The notes below the pieces were generated by a model. It had not been told where the DNA came from. It worked only from the letters and a program-made list of their open reading frames with translations, and searched no databases. From positions 1 to 35,181 of the IMG/VR virus record IMGVR_UViG_3300005263_000008: DNA of 35,181 bases; one strand, given 5' to 3'. The position numbers and the translations under genes were made by a program. The first letter of the stretch is position 1, and every line of letters starts with the position of its first letter. This document shows, in pieces, positions 25,897 through 34,669 of the stretch. Source of the stretch: a virus. Its lineage: Duplodnaviria > Caudoviricetes.

Positions 25897-26835
25897 ATGA
25901 CCGACAGCACCCGCCGCAACGCCCTCGACACGGCCCTGATCAAGCTCAACCAGGCCCAGAGCTACCTGGAACTCCCCAGCCCCGGGAAGAAGGACTTCGA
26001 GCAGGCCCGGGACCACGCGAAGGACGGCCTCGATCTGATCAAGGCCTGCCTTGTGGCCCTCGACCACGATTGCTTCGAGATCATGGACCGGCCGCCCGTG
26101 AAGCCTGAGCCCGGGCCCGGCCTCTTCACCCCCACCGGCGCACCATCCGCGGAGGCCCAGGTGGAGACTCCCGAAGCGAAGCCTCTCCCCGCCCTCGGCA
26201 TGATCGACGTCGAGGTCGTCTCCAACGATGTCAGCGAGGAGGAGCTCGACAGCTTCAACGAGCTCGATCGGGAGCGTCAGGACGAAGTCTTCGAAGAGCT
26301 CCTGGCCGACGCCAAGGGGTCCTGTGAGGCCGTCGGGGCCCCGGACGCCTGGCCGCACCTCGAGGAGGACTGGCGCAAGGCCTACACCGCCCACGATGGC
26401 ATCGCCCGGGACGAGGCCTGGCAGGCCCTGACCAACCGCCTCCGCGCCGGCGGCGACCTGGAGCTCCCGAACGTCTGCACCGAGTGCGGGATCATCCTGG
26501 AGGAAGACGAGCTCGCGCAGAACGAGTGCATCCTCTGCGCCCGTGACCGTGAGGCCCGGAACCAGGCCGAGAAGAAGCCGAAGCGGGCCAGCAAGGGCAA
26601 GGCCGCCAAGGCCGCGCCGGTCCCCGAGCCCGAGCCCGAGCCTGAGCCCGAGGTCCCTTCCCGGAAGTTCAAGGTCGGCGACCGCGTCCGCCATCTGGAG
26701 GCCGGAACCATCGGCATCGTCCAGGAGGACGACGACTCCCCCGAGGACGAGAGCCCCTACTGGGTCCAGATGGAGGACGACCAGAGCCAGAGCGGCTACT
26801 GCAACGCCGCCGATCTCGAACTCGTCCCCGCGTAG
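25897..26835 (+). CDS. Acidic hypothetical protein with CxxC..CxxC and C-terminal SH3/KOW-like domain
   Basis: GAGG RBS before ATG25897; CTEC..CILC; (PE)n linker; FKVGDRVRH..GTIGIV. Confidence 0.75.
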   Translation: MTDSTRRNALDTALIKLNQAQSYLELPSPGKKDFEQARDHAKDGLDLIKACLVALDHDCFEIMDRPPVKPEPGPGLFTPTGAPSAEAQVETPEAKPLPALGMIDVEVVSNDVSEEELDSFNELDRERQDEVFEELLADAKGSCEAVGAPDAWPHLEEDWRKAYTAHDGIARDEAWQALTNRLRAGGDLELPNVCTECGIILEEDELAQNECILCARDREARNQAEKKPKRASKGKAAKAAPVPEPEPEPEPEVPSRKFKVGDRVRHLEAGTIGIVQEDDDSPEDESPYWVQMEDDQSQSGYCNAADLELVPA

Positions 26836-26844
26836 GCCGAACCC

Positions 26845-26979
26845 ATGCGCGCCGCTTACCTCCTGCATCCGCTCGCGGCGTTCGGGTTCGTCTGCCTGGT
26901 CTACCTCTCCCACCGGGCCCTCTCGGCCTGGTGGGCAGAGCGCCGGCGGCGTCGTTCAGCCCGCCGGGCCCGGAGGTGA
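26845..26979 (+). CDS. Small membrane peptide (44 aa, TM plus Arg-rich tail; absent from the ORF track)
   Basis: MRAAYLLHPLAAFGFVCLVYLSHRALSAWWAERRRRRSARRARR; fills the intergenic gap; GTGA overlap with the next gene. Confidence 0.6.
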   Translation: MRAAYLLHPLAAFGFVCLVYLSHRALSAWWAERRRRRSARRARR

Positions 26980-27173
26980 CCGTGGCGAAGCGCCCTCTCG
27001 TTGACCGTGTCGCGTTCGCTGCAGGCCAGAAGGCCGGGACCTCGAACGCGAACCCTGCAGACAACCCCTTCCGGGTCGAGCCGGCCCGCAGCTCCTGGAT
27101 GAACGGATGGCGCCAGGGCCAGATCGACCGCCAGAAGACCCCCCGAACCCCGCAGCCCGAGACCGCCCCATGA
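26976..27173 (+). CDS. Ribosome modulation factor (Rmf)-like small protein
   Basis: AFAAGQKAG...NPF....RSSWMNGWRQG fits the Rmf-like pattern; start at GTG26976 or GTG26982. Confidence 0.65.
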   Translation: MTVAKRPLVDRVAFAAGQKAGTSNANPADNPFRVEPARSSWMNGWRQGQIDRQKTPRTPQPETAP

Positions 27174-27514
27174 GCATCCGCAAAGTCTACATTTCTGGCC
27201 CCTACACCGCGCCCACGCCGGAACTCGTCCAGGCGAACGTCGACGCAGCCGTCGCGGTCGGCCTGGAGGTCAGGGCCGCCGGCTACGTTCCCGTCGTTCC
27301 CCATGTCGCCATCGTCCCGTCGCCCTCCCTGTCCTGGAACCAGGCCATGGACGAGTGTCTGGCCCTTCTGTCCGACTGCCACGCCTGCCTGATGTTCGGC
27401 GACTGGCACCGCTCGAAGGGCGCCCTCGCCGAGCTCGACTTCGCCCAGGACTCCGGGATCCCCGTCTTCCACTCGCTCGCCGAGCTCGCCTCGGCCATGG
27501 AGCCCAGGCCATGA
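27170..27514 (+). CDS. Nucleoside 2-deoxyribosyltransferase-like protein (DUF4406/DUF1937-type)
   Basis: KVYISGPY..G..PVVPH..CLALLSDC..W..SKGALAE..A...GIPV. Confidence 0.8.
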   Translation: MSIRKVYISGPYTAPTPELVQANVDAAVAVGLEVRAAGYVPVVPHVAIVPSPSLSWNQAMDECLALLSDCHACLMFGDWHRSKGALAELDFAQDSGIPVFHSLAELASAMEPRP

Positions 27515-27882
27515 ACTCCGACGTTCTCATGTTCCTCTCCGTGTTCCTGGCCTTCGGGGCCGGGTTCCTGATCCCCTACGATGCGAACCGTCGGCTCCGC
27601 GGGCGGCTCCACATGGCCGAGCGCGGGGAGTGCGATTCCCACCGCAAGGCCGCGGTCCTCCGCGTGAAGCTCGCCGAGCTCCAGCGGAAGCTCCACCAGG
27701 CCGAGCACGAGCTCGCCACCCGCCAGACCGCCTCGGAAGACCAGGCGCGTCTGGGCGCCCTCCTCCACGAGCTCGCCGCGATCCTGGGCGTCCCCGAGGA
27801 GCCCTGGGGCGGGATCGCCGAGATCGAGATCCTCGCCGCGGCGAAGACCGCCGCCCGCCGGGCCGCCGAGGTGGCACCGTGA
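27511..27882 (+). CDS. Hypothetical protein (N-terminal TM, coiled coil)
   Basis: ATGA overlap at 27511; VLMFLSVFLAFGAGFLI TM. Confidence 0.7.
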   Translation: MNSDVLMFLSVFLAFGAGFLIPYDANRRLRGRLHMAERGECDSHRKAAVLRVKLAELQRKLHQAEHELATRQTASEDQARLGALLHELAAILGVPEEPWGGIAEIEILAAAKTAARRAAEVAP

Positions 27883-28013
27883 GCCGGCCCTTCCGTTCCC
27901 GCCTTCGCTTCTGGGACCCCCAGAGCGGCCTGCTCGGCGGCCTGATCTTCGGCGCCCTGATCCTGGCGGCCTGCCAGCTGCTGGCCCGCCTCGCCGTGGT
28001 CCTGTTCCCATGA
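27879..28013 (+). CDS. Small membrane peptide (44 aa)
   Basis: GTGA/ATGA coupled on both sides; GLLGGLIFGALILAACQLLARLAVVLF. Confidence 0.6.
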   Translation: MSRPFRSRLRFWDPQSGLLGGLIFGALILAACQLLARLAVVLFP

Positions 28014-28675
28014 GCCCCGTCGAGTCCGCCGCCGTCCGCGAGAAGCGCCTCGAACTGCAGGAGCTGGAGCAGGCCAAGGACTTCTGGGGCCCCGCTGCAT
28101 ACGAGGCCATGCGTCAGGCCCTCCAGGACGACCTGGCCGAGCTGCAGGGCGAGGCGACGAAACCCACCACGACCCCGAAACCGGAGCTCCCCATGCCGAA
28201 GATCACCCTCAACCCTACCGACCCGAGCAAGCGTATCGCCCACCTGGTGGGCCTCATCGACGAGGCCGCGCAGAAGGGCGAGAAGCTCTACTGGGCCCAG
28301 CAGGAGGTCCGGAAGCTCTGTGAAGTCCACCGCCTGGAAGTCCCGGCCTGCGCCCAGAAGGTCGACCGCGCGAAGGCCCCCGCCAAGTCCACCCCGGCGC
28401 CGAAGCCTCCCCCGCCTGCCCGCGAGGGGCTGGAAGGCCACCTGGAGGCCGCCATCGACCTCGGCCGGGCCATCGAGCGGCACGTCACCACCCCGAAGAA
28501 GCTCGACGACGTGCGGACCCATGTCCGGGGCATCCGGCGCCAGGTCTGGAGCCTGCTGGCCGACCTGGAGAACCTCAGCCCCGACCAGCTGCGGGAGATC
28601 GAGCCCGACCTGGCCCTCCTCGACTCGGCCTCGGCAACCGCCTACCAGATGGCCCAGAAGGTGGTGAAGCCGTGA
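28010..28675 (+). CDS. Hypothetical protein
   Basis: 221 aa, coupled on both sides, backbone-like codon usage. Confidence 0.8.
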   Translation: MSPVESAAVREKRLELQELEQAKDFWGPAAYEAMRQALQDDLAELQGEATKPTTTPKPELPMPKITLNPTDPSKRIAHLVGLIDEAAQKGEKLYWAQQEVRKLCEVHRLEVPACAQKVDRAKAPAKSTPAPKPPPPAREGLEGHLEAAIDLGRAIERHVTTPKKLDDVRTHVRGIRRQVWSLLADLENLSPDQLREIEPDLALLDSASATAYQMAQKVVKP

Positions 28676-29235
28676 GCGCGCGAATGCACCCTGAAGACCT
28701 TCGGGCCATTGTGGCGGCGCTCGATGCCCACGCTACCGACCTGTGCCGCGCCATCATCGCTCAATCCGCGGTCCTCATGGTTGCCATCCGACCTGATGCC
28801 CATGAGGCTTCTGTGGAAATGATGAATCAGTTCAAGGATCGAAGCGTAGGCCTCATGGTCAGAAGCGCCGACGACCTCCTGGCCGAGCTGGAGCGCACCG
28901 CCAAGCCCGAGCCCATGCCCACCGTCACCGTCTGCCCGGCCTGCCACGCCTCCGTCCGCGAAGGCGAGCCCCTGACCCACGGCCAGCGGTGCCCGGTGGC
29001 GCCGGGAGCGGTGGACATGCCCGAGCAGGCCACCCCCTTCACCATTATCAACCGGGACAACACCCGGCGAATGATCGTCCCGAAGTGGCTCTATGACGAA
29101 TGGACCGAAGCCCGTGCCGAGGCCGCCCGTGAGGAGCGGGAGCGCATCATCGCCTACCTCAATGCCGGAATGTGCCCCGACATCGGCTGCATGGATGAGG
29201 CTTCCATCCGCGCCGCGCTGGAGCCCAAGCCATGA
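28672..29235 (+). CDS. Hypothetical protein, mosaic (CPAC..H..C motif)
   Basis: 187 aa, coupled on both sides; 5' part visibly less GC-rich. Confidence 0.75.
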   Translation: MSARMHPEDLRAIVAALDAHATDLCRAIIAQSAVLMVAIRPDAHEASVEMMNQFKDRSVGLMVRSADDLLAELERTAKPEPMPTVTVCPACHASVREGEPLTHGQRCPVAPGAVDMPEQATPFTIINRDNTRRMIVPKWLYDEWTEARAEAAREERERIIAYLNAGMCPDIGCMDEASIRAALEPKP

Positions 29236-29609
29236 GCGGCCAGGTTCCCCTGCGCTCAGACGAGCCCTGCTCCTGCCGTGGAATCCATGGCCTCATCCTC
29301 AAGTGCCAACGCTGCGGATCCCTGCACCGGAACCAAGAGAACGCCAGCCCGACGATCGAGGCCACACCTCTCACCGTCGATCAGGCTGACAACCTCCGGC
29401 GGGGCCTCCCGCTCGACCTCACGCCCCGCCTCATGGACCTCCAGGCCCGCGTCCAGGAGCTCGAACACCTCGCCTTCATGTCCCTGATCGGGTTCGAGCT
29501 GATCCTGCAGCACCCCGACACCCCGCACAAGGTCGCCCGCAAGGCGATCGCACGGCTCGAACGGTCTGGAATCGACCGGATCGACCGCTGGAAGGAGTTC
29601 TCGCTATGA
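29232..29609 (+). CDS. Hypothetical protein with N-terminal CxC..CxxC
   Basis: 125 aa, ATGA-coupled. Confidence 0.7.
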   Translation: MSGQVPLRSDEPCSCRGIHGLILKCQRCGSLHRNQENASPTIEATPLTVDQADNLRRGLPLDLTPRLMDLQARVQELEHLAFMSLIGFELILQHPDTPHKVARKAIARLERSGIDRIDRWKEFSL

Positions 29610-29818
29610 AGCGGATCGCACTCTTCGGCCTCGGGGCCGCGCTCCACCTGGCCGGCTGGGCCCTCTGGTTCCTCTGGAGCTGGCTGAACCGGTTCGCCGA
29701 CCCCTACCACATGACCGGCTACCACTGGACCGCCTGGCCGATGGCCTTCGGGTTCGTCTTCCTCTGGCTCGGCGGGGCCGTCCTAGCCGGCTGGGCTGTC
29801 GTCGAGGTCAAGCCGTGA
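29606..29818 (+). CDS. Small two-TM membrane protein
   Basis: 70 aa, two Trp-rich hydrophobic segments, coupled on both sides. Confidence 0.7.
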   Translation: MKRIALFGLGAALHLAGWALWFLWSWLNRFADPYHMTGYHWTAWPMAFGFVFLWLGGAVLAGWAVVEVKP

Positions 29819-32196
29819 ACCGTATCCCTTGCCCGGTCTGCAACCGCGAGGACGCCATCGCGGCGAAGGACGAGCCCCGCTTCTACCGCGATGGGCGCCT
29901 CCTGGCTGTCTGCTTCCACGGCCACGAAGGCCGCGGGCGGGTCACCTTCGACGCCGAGACCGGGGCCCTCCTCCAGCTGCAGGAGCTCCAACCCCACGAG
30001 CTGCTCTACCGGGCCGCGGAGGCCGACGGCGCCCGCGGGTTCGGCGCCCAGTTCCTGGCGGAATACTGCGGGACCTACGTGGTGACCCGGAAGGCGATCC
30101 AGCAGGTTCTCCCCCTGGTCCCGACCGAGAAGGACTGGATCCGAGCCGAGGGCCAGGACGCCGCGGTCACCGCCTCGCCGCTCTACCTGGGCGCGGACCT
30201 GGTCGGCCTCGAGCTCCGCATGATCGAGCGCAAACCCGGCGCGAACGTGTCCAAGTGGACCCGGATCCTCGGCCAGAAGGGCGTCTTCATCGCCCGGCCC
30301 TCCCTCCAGCCCCAGCTCGTGATCGTCTTCGAGGGGACCTGGGACGCGATCACCGCGGCCTGGGACGCCTTCGAGCACGACGAGCCTCTCCGCTACGCCT
30401 TCGCCTCCATCACCGCCGGCACGTCCGCCCAGGACCTCCGGAGGACCCTCGAGGCCCACTTCCCGGGCGTCCCTGTCCTCCTCGTCTCCGACCAGGACCC
30501 GGCGGGGAAGGCCGCCCGGGTTCGCCTGGCCTCCGTCGCGACACCGGCGATCCTCCCCGGGACCGGCCTCGCCAAGGACTACCGGGCCGCCGAGCCCTCG
30601 AAGCGCTGGGAGGCCCTCCTGGCCGCCGTGGAGCGGGCCCTGGAGGCCCCGGCGCCCGGAACCGAGCATGGCCTCGCCAAGATCGCCCGACGCGCCCTGG
30701 AGGGCGCCCTGCGGGCCAAGGCCTCCGGCCAGCGCGACCTGGAGGCCTGGCGGTTCGGCCAGCGCTGCGCTGGGATCTGCGGGACCAGGTCGGGGAAGCG
30801 CTACTTCGCCATCCGGGCCCGGGTCAACGGCCAGATGCCCGTCGCCGAGGGCCAGCACGAGTTCACCGCCATCCTGACCCATCGCCTCATGCGTCAGGTC
30901 CGGGAGATCTACCACGACCTGGCCGCCGTGATCGAGGGCGGGCCGACCGAGTCCCACGTCTCGACCGCCTGGCTCCCCCCCCAGTTCGTGGAGGGAGGCC
31001 GACACTGGACCGAGATCCCGGCCGCAAACCGGACCGCCTTTGCGCGGGAGCAGGGCTGGGAGCCCTGGAACGGTCGTGACCCAGGCTCACCCCGCCCGGA
31101 GGACCTTCCGGCCTTCCTAGGGGCCGTTTCGGCGGCTTACACGTTCGCCAGGATCCCGGGCGTCCCCGATTCGGAGGTCGGGACCCGCGTCGCGGTCTTC
31201 GCGATGGCGACCGCCCTGTCTGCCCTCTGGGCCGAGGAGCGCTGGCAGGCAGGGGATCCCATGGGGTTCCTGCCCTGCACCTGGTTCTACGGCGGCCCGA
31301 ACAGTGGCAAGGGCACTGCGGCGAAGCTGATCGCCCTCCTGACCTCCGGCGAGCTCCGGACCTACGGCTCCCAGAGGTTCGACGGCGCCGATGGGACCTG
31401 GCTCACGGAGAGCGTCCTCCACCTCCCGGTCTGCTTCCGGGACGAGCTGGACCAGTTCCTCCCGTCCAGCTCCCTCGAGGACCTCAAGGCCTACCTGGCC
31501 GGCGAGCCCCTGCAGCTGCGGAAGAAGTTCGGGGCCGACATGACCATCGCGCCCAAGCCGGTCGTGATCAGCAGCAACCAGCTCAAGATCAACGAGGACG
31601 ACGAGGCCACCCGGGACCGGATCAACCTGGTCCAGCTCGAGGCGAACCCCCTGAGCACGAAGACCGACCGTAACCGGGCCTTCGACTCGTTCTACGCCTG
31701 GGTCGAGGCAGGCGGCCGGCTGACCGCCCAGCGCTCCGGGATCCTGCTCTACCGGGATTTCCGCCAGGCACCCAGGGGGACGGCCCGCTGGACCCGCTCC
31801 GTCGTGTTCGACGCGGCCATGGCCTTCGTGTGCGCCCGCCTGGGCGTGAACCCGGACGTCGTCATGGCCTCGGCTGCGGCGGGGAAGGAGTCGGCGATCC
31901 GGGCGAGCCTGCCCTGGTTCGTCGCGATGGAGGAATACGCCCACCACGAGCTCGGAGGCGGGGCGGCCTACCACGAGAACACGGCCGCGAACGTCTGGGG
32001 GATCTCCTCCGGGGACGAGGCCGCGGTCAGGAAGCTCCGCCGCTGGCTCGACCAGATGGACGGCGCTCTGTCGAAGGGCCCTCTTGTGGTCTGCGGCTGG
32101 GAGGTTTCCCTCGGCCCTCGCTCCACGTCCACCACTCGGAAGCTTATCTTCCGCGCTGTCAGCGATTCGCCCGTGGAGGTCGACCATGCCTTCTAA
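29815..32196 (+). CDS. Primase-helicase (Zn finger + TOPRIM + SF3 helicase; P4-alpha-like architecture)
   Basis: CPVC..CFHGH; FEGTWD and DQDPAG TOPRIM motifs; Walker A GGPNSGKGT, Walker B FRDE, motif C ISSN. Confidence 0.88.
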   Translation: MNRIPCPVCNREDAIAAKDEPRFYRDGRLLAVCFHGHEGRGRVTFDAETGALLQLQELQPHELLYRAAEADGARGFGAQFLAEYCGTYVVTRKAIQQVLPLVPTEKDWIRAEGQDAAVTASPLYLGADLVGLELRMIERKPGANVSKWTRILGQKGVFIARPSLQPQLVIVFEGTWDAITAAWDAFEHDEPLRYAFASITAGTSAQDLRRTLEAHFPGVPVLLVSDQDPAGKAARVRLASVATPAILPGTGLAKDYRAAEPSKRWEALLAAVERALEAPAPGTEHGLAKIARRALEGALRAKASGQRDLEAWRFGQRCAGICGTRSGKRYFAIRARVNGQMPVAEGQHEFTAILTHRLMRQVREIYHDLAAVIEGGPTESHVSTAWLPPQFVEGGRHWTEIPAANRTAFAREQGWEPWNGRDPGSPRPEDLPAFLGAVSAAYTFARIPGVPDSEVGTRVAVFAMATALSALWAEERWQAGDPMGFLPCTWFYGGPNSGKGTAAKLIALLTSGELRTYGSQRFDGADGTWLTESVLHLPVCFRDELDQFLPSSSLEDLKAYLAGEPLQLRKKFGADMTIAPKPVVISSNQLKINEDDEATRDRINLVQLEANPLSTKTDRNRAFDSFYAWVEAGGRLTAQRSGILLYRDFRQAPRGTARWTRSVVFDAAMAFVCARLGVNPDVVMASAAAGKESAIRASLPWFVAMEEYAHHELGGGAAYHENTAANVWGISSGDEAAVRKLRRWLDQMDGALSKGPLVVCGWEVSLGPRSTSTTRKLIFRAVSDSPVEVDHAF

Positions 32197-32215
32197 TAAC
32201 CCGAACGGAATACTC

Positions 32216-32475
32216 CGGACATTCGGACATCGCGCGCGTATACACGAGGGGAATAAAAAGGCCCTATTAATTACAAATAAGGGACATTTTATCAGACAAC
32301 GTTCAAGTGTCCGAATGTCCGAATTGAATGTAAGTAATTCAAATTACACCATGTATTACCCCCCATGTCCGCGTGTCCGGTCGTGTCCGGTTTTCGCGCA
32401 TCCCAAGCAGGGCCAGCGTTTAAGTTTTGCGATTCCGGACATGGGCACCGAATGTCCGGAATGTCCGAATGTCCG
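32216..32475. repeat. Putative replication origin: 11 TGTCCG/CGGACA iterons around AT-rich DNA
   Basis: CGGACA at 32216, 32224, 32436; TGTCCG at 32308, 32316, 32366, 32374, 32384, 32453, 32462, 32470; AT-rich about 32250-32360; directly after the primase-helicase gene. Confidence 0.8.
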
Positions 32476-32499
32476 GTTTGGCCGGGGCGGGGTGCGCTC

Positions 32500-33009
32500 A
32501 TGATTCCCGACGCCGGAATCTGGGCCCGGATCACCGCGGGCTCCGACCTCAAGCCCCGCCGCAAGGGGCCCACCCCCGAGGGCGCCTTCCAGAAGGCCGC
32601 GGTCGCCTACTTGCGGGCCTGCCGCATCGGCGAGGTCAAGCGGGTCAACGTCGGGCAGGCCTGGATGGGCGCCCGGCCCGACGGCTCCTACCGCGGCCGG
32701 CCGGTGAAGTTCGGCGAGAAGGGCCACTCCGACCTGGTCGTCGAGCCCGAGTCCTCGACCCGCTATGTCTACGTCGAGACCAAGCGCCCCGGCTGGAAGC
32801 CGCCCCAGCCTCCCCGCCCAGGAGCTGCGGCCTCGACCGTGAAGCGCTACCAGAACCACCTCGACCAGGTCGCGTTCCTCGAGCGCAAGCGCGCCCAGGG
32901 CCACGTCGCCACCTTCGCCCAGAGCCTCCAGGACATCCACGACGCCCTCAAGGCCGCCGGCTACTCCCACCTCCCCGACCCGACAACCTACCGACAGGGG
33001 CGCCGATGA
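32500..33009 (+). CDS. VRR-NUC-type (PD-(D/E)xK) endonuclease / Holliday junction resolvase
   Basis: EGAFQ..RVNVG..FGEKGHSDL..YVETKRPG..DQVAFL. Confidence 0.85.
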   Translation: MIPDAGIWARITAGSDLKPRRKGPTPEGAFQKAAVAYLRACRIGEVKRVNVGQAWMGARPDGSYRGRPVKFGEKGHSDLVVEPESSTRYVYVETKRPGWKPPQPPRPGAAASTVKRYQNHLDQVAFLERKRAQGHVATFAQSLQDIHDALKAAGYSHLPDPTTYRQGRR

Positions 33010-33287
33010 CGTCCTTCTCGCACCTCTCCGAACTCCCGGACCAGGTCCGCCAGGCGCTCAAGAACGCCGAGCGGCCGTTCCTCCAGGAGGACGCCCAGCT
33101 CGAGTCCTCGATCACCTACCTCCAGGCCATGCGGCGCGAGCGGACGGCCCTCCGGATCGCCTGCCTCGTCCATGCAGCCCTCGAGGCCGGGCTCACCACC
33201 CGGAAGGCGCTCCGCGTCGTGGAGCTCCACACCGGGCTCTCGTCCGGGGCCGTCCGGACCCACTTCTACAGGAGGCGCAAGAAATGA
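33006..33287 (+). CDS. Small protein with C-terminal HTH, late regulator candidate
   Basis: ATGA-coupled; GLTTRKALRVVELHTGLSSGAVRTHFYRRRKK; position equivalent to late regulators. Confidence 0.65.
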   Translation: MTSFSHLSELPDQVRQALKNAERPFLQEDAQLESSITYLQAMRRERTALRIACLVHAALEAGLTTRKALRVVELHTGLSSGAVRTHFYRRRKK

Positions 33288-34033
33288 GCGGGATCCGTGT
33301 TCGTATCGACCCCAGGGCCGTCCTCGGCTGGCTCTCCGACGCCCAGGAGCGCCAGCTCCCCTTCGCCGTGAGCCTCGCCCTCAACCGGACGGCCAACAAG
33401 GCCCAGGCCGCCGAGCGCGAGCACATGAAGCAGGCGTTCAAGCTGCGCCGCGAGTCGTTCGTCCTCCGGGGCGTGAAGATCGCGAAGCAGGATCGGGCCT
33501 CCAAGTCCTCCTGGCGCGTCGTGATCCAGCTCGCCTACCCGGATGATCGGCCCTTCCTCGACCAGCACGAGGAGGGCGGCTACCGCACCCGCTACACCGG
33601 GAAGCGCCTGTGGCAACCGAACCCCGAGGTCTTCCAGTCCAAGGTGATCGGCCGTGGCAACCCGCTCCACCCGAAGAACCTCAAGCTCGCAAAGGACAAG
33701 GGCGGCCGGATCGTCGGCGAGAATCGCACGTTCCTCGTTCGCGCCAAGTCCCAGGTCCTGGTCCTGCAGCGCGTCGACAGGCGCCTCACCAAGACCAGCG
33801 CCCGGCGCCTGCGGGGACTGACCCTCGACAACGTGGCCGTAGGCATGGGCCCGCACACGAGGAAGACGAGGAGCATCAGTCGCACGGGCGGGACGCGCCT
33901 GCTCTACCGCCTGGTCGAGCGCGTCCGCATCCCTGCTGACCTCAAGTTCGTGAGCACGATCTCGGGCTCAGCCATGGCCGAGTTCCCTGCCACTCTCCGA
34001 GCCGCCATGCTCGACGCCCTGCGTCCGAGGTGA
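33284..34033 (+). CDS. Tail completion protein, lambda gpZ-like
   Basis: RQLPFAVSLALNRTA N-terminal motif, very basic; no other gpZ-like gene seen in the neck cluster. Confidence 0.7.
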   Translation: MSGIRVRIDPRAVLGWLSDAQERQLPFAVSLALNRTANKAQAAEREHMKQAFKLRRESFVLRGVKIAKQDRASKSSWRVVIQLAYPDDRPFLDQHEEGGYRTRYTGKRLWQPNPEVFQSKVIGRGNPLHPKNLKLAKDKGGRIVGENRTFLVRAKSQVLVLQRVDRRLTKTSARRLRGLTLDNVAVGMGPHTRKTRSISRTGGTRLLYRLVERVRIPADLKFVSTISGSAMAEFPATLRAAMLDALRPR

Positions 34034-34083
34034 CATATGCGAACAAGAGTATATATACGCGTGTTGAATATGCCGATCGTTTT

Positions 34084-34132
34084 GGGTCCTTCCCGGGGCG
34101 CCCCCGGGAGGGTATCGCGGCAACCCGCCCGG
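34084..34132 (+). other. Putative cos packaging site (cosQ-like plus cosN-like dyad)
   Basis: GGGTCCT (identical to lambda cosQ) at 34084-34090; dyad CCGGGAGGGT-N9-ACCCGCCCGG at 34104-34132; about 50 bp before terS. Confidence 0.7.
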
Positions 34133-34183
34133 TTTATCTAGTTAGTCCATTTTAACTCGTGTCGCCGCTCATTTAGGACCCGT

Positions 34184-34669
34184 ATGACAGCTGTTAAGGA
34201 CATAAATCGACTATCTCAGGCCGAATTTTCGGCACTTCTGGGCGTTTCAACCCGCACAATTCAGCGGAATCCGCGCCTCGAAGCCCTGCGACACGGCTCC
34301 GGGCAAGGCTGCTACTACGTCTGGCCCGAGTTCTGGAAGGGGCTGGACCTGGATTTGTCGCAGCCTGTCGGGGCTCAGAAGGTCACGAGCCGGGCCCGTA
34401 AAGACGACGCGGAAGCTGATATGGCAGAAATGGACCGCGACCTGGCGGCCGGGAAGCTCCTGGATCGGGCCGAGGCGGTCGCAGCCTGGACCTCGCTGCT
34501 CTCCCGCATGAAGCAGAACCTCCTGGGCCTCGGCGGCCGGCTGGCGCCCCGCCTGGTCGACGGGCTGACACTGGCCGAGCGCCAGGACCTCCTGGACCGG
34601 GAGATCAAGGCGTCCCTCCGCGAGCTGGCGGAAGAGGCTCAGCGCCAGGCCGAGGAGGTGGATGCTTGA
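34184..34669 (+). CDS. terS: Terminase small subunit (Nu1-like)
   Basis: LSQAEFSALLGVSTRTIQ winged HTH; RARKDDAEADMAEM..GKLL..LLGLGGRLAPRL pattern; next to the cos-like site. Confidence 0.9.
   Translation: MTAVKDINRLSQAEFSALLGVSTRTIQRNPRLEALRHGSGQGCYYVWPEFWKGLDLDLSQPVGAQKVTSRARKDDAEADMAEMDRDLAAGKLLDRAEAVAAWTSLLSRMKQNLLGLGGRLAPRLVDGLTLAERQDLLDREIKASLRELAEEAQRQAEEVDA

Noticed and set aside
26622-26652. CCCGAG tandem repeats (also the PT repeat near 25262-25283)
   Set aside because: In-frame low-complexity PE/PT linkers, explained by protein sequence.
32084-32503. ORFs crossing the origin region (32084-32503, 5' part of 32365-33009, 32292-32573 minus)
   Set aside because: They translate iteron and AT-rich DNA; the VRR-NUC gene more plausibly starts at ATG32500.
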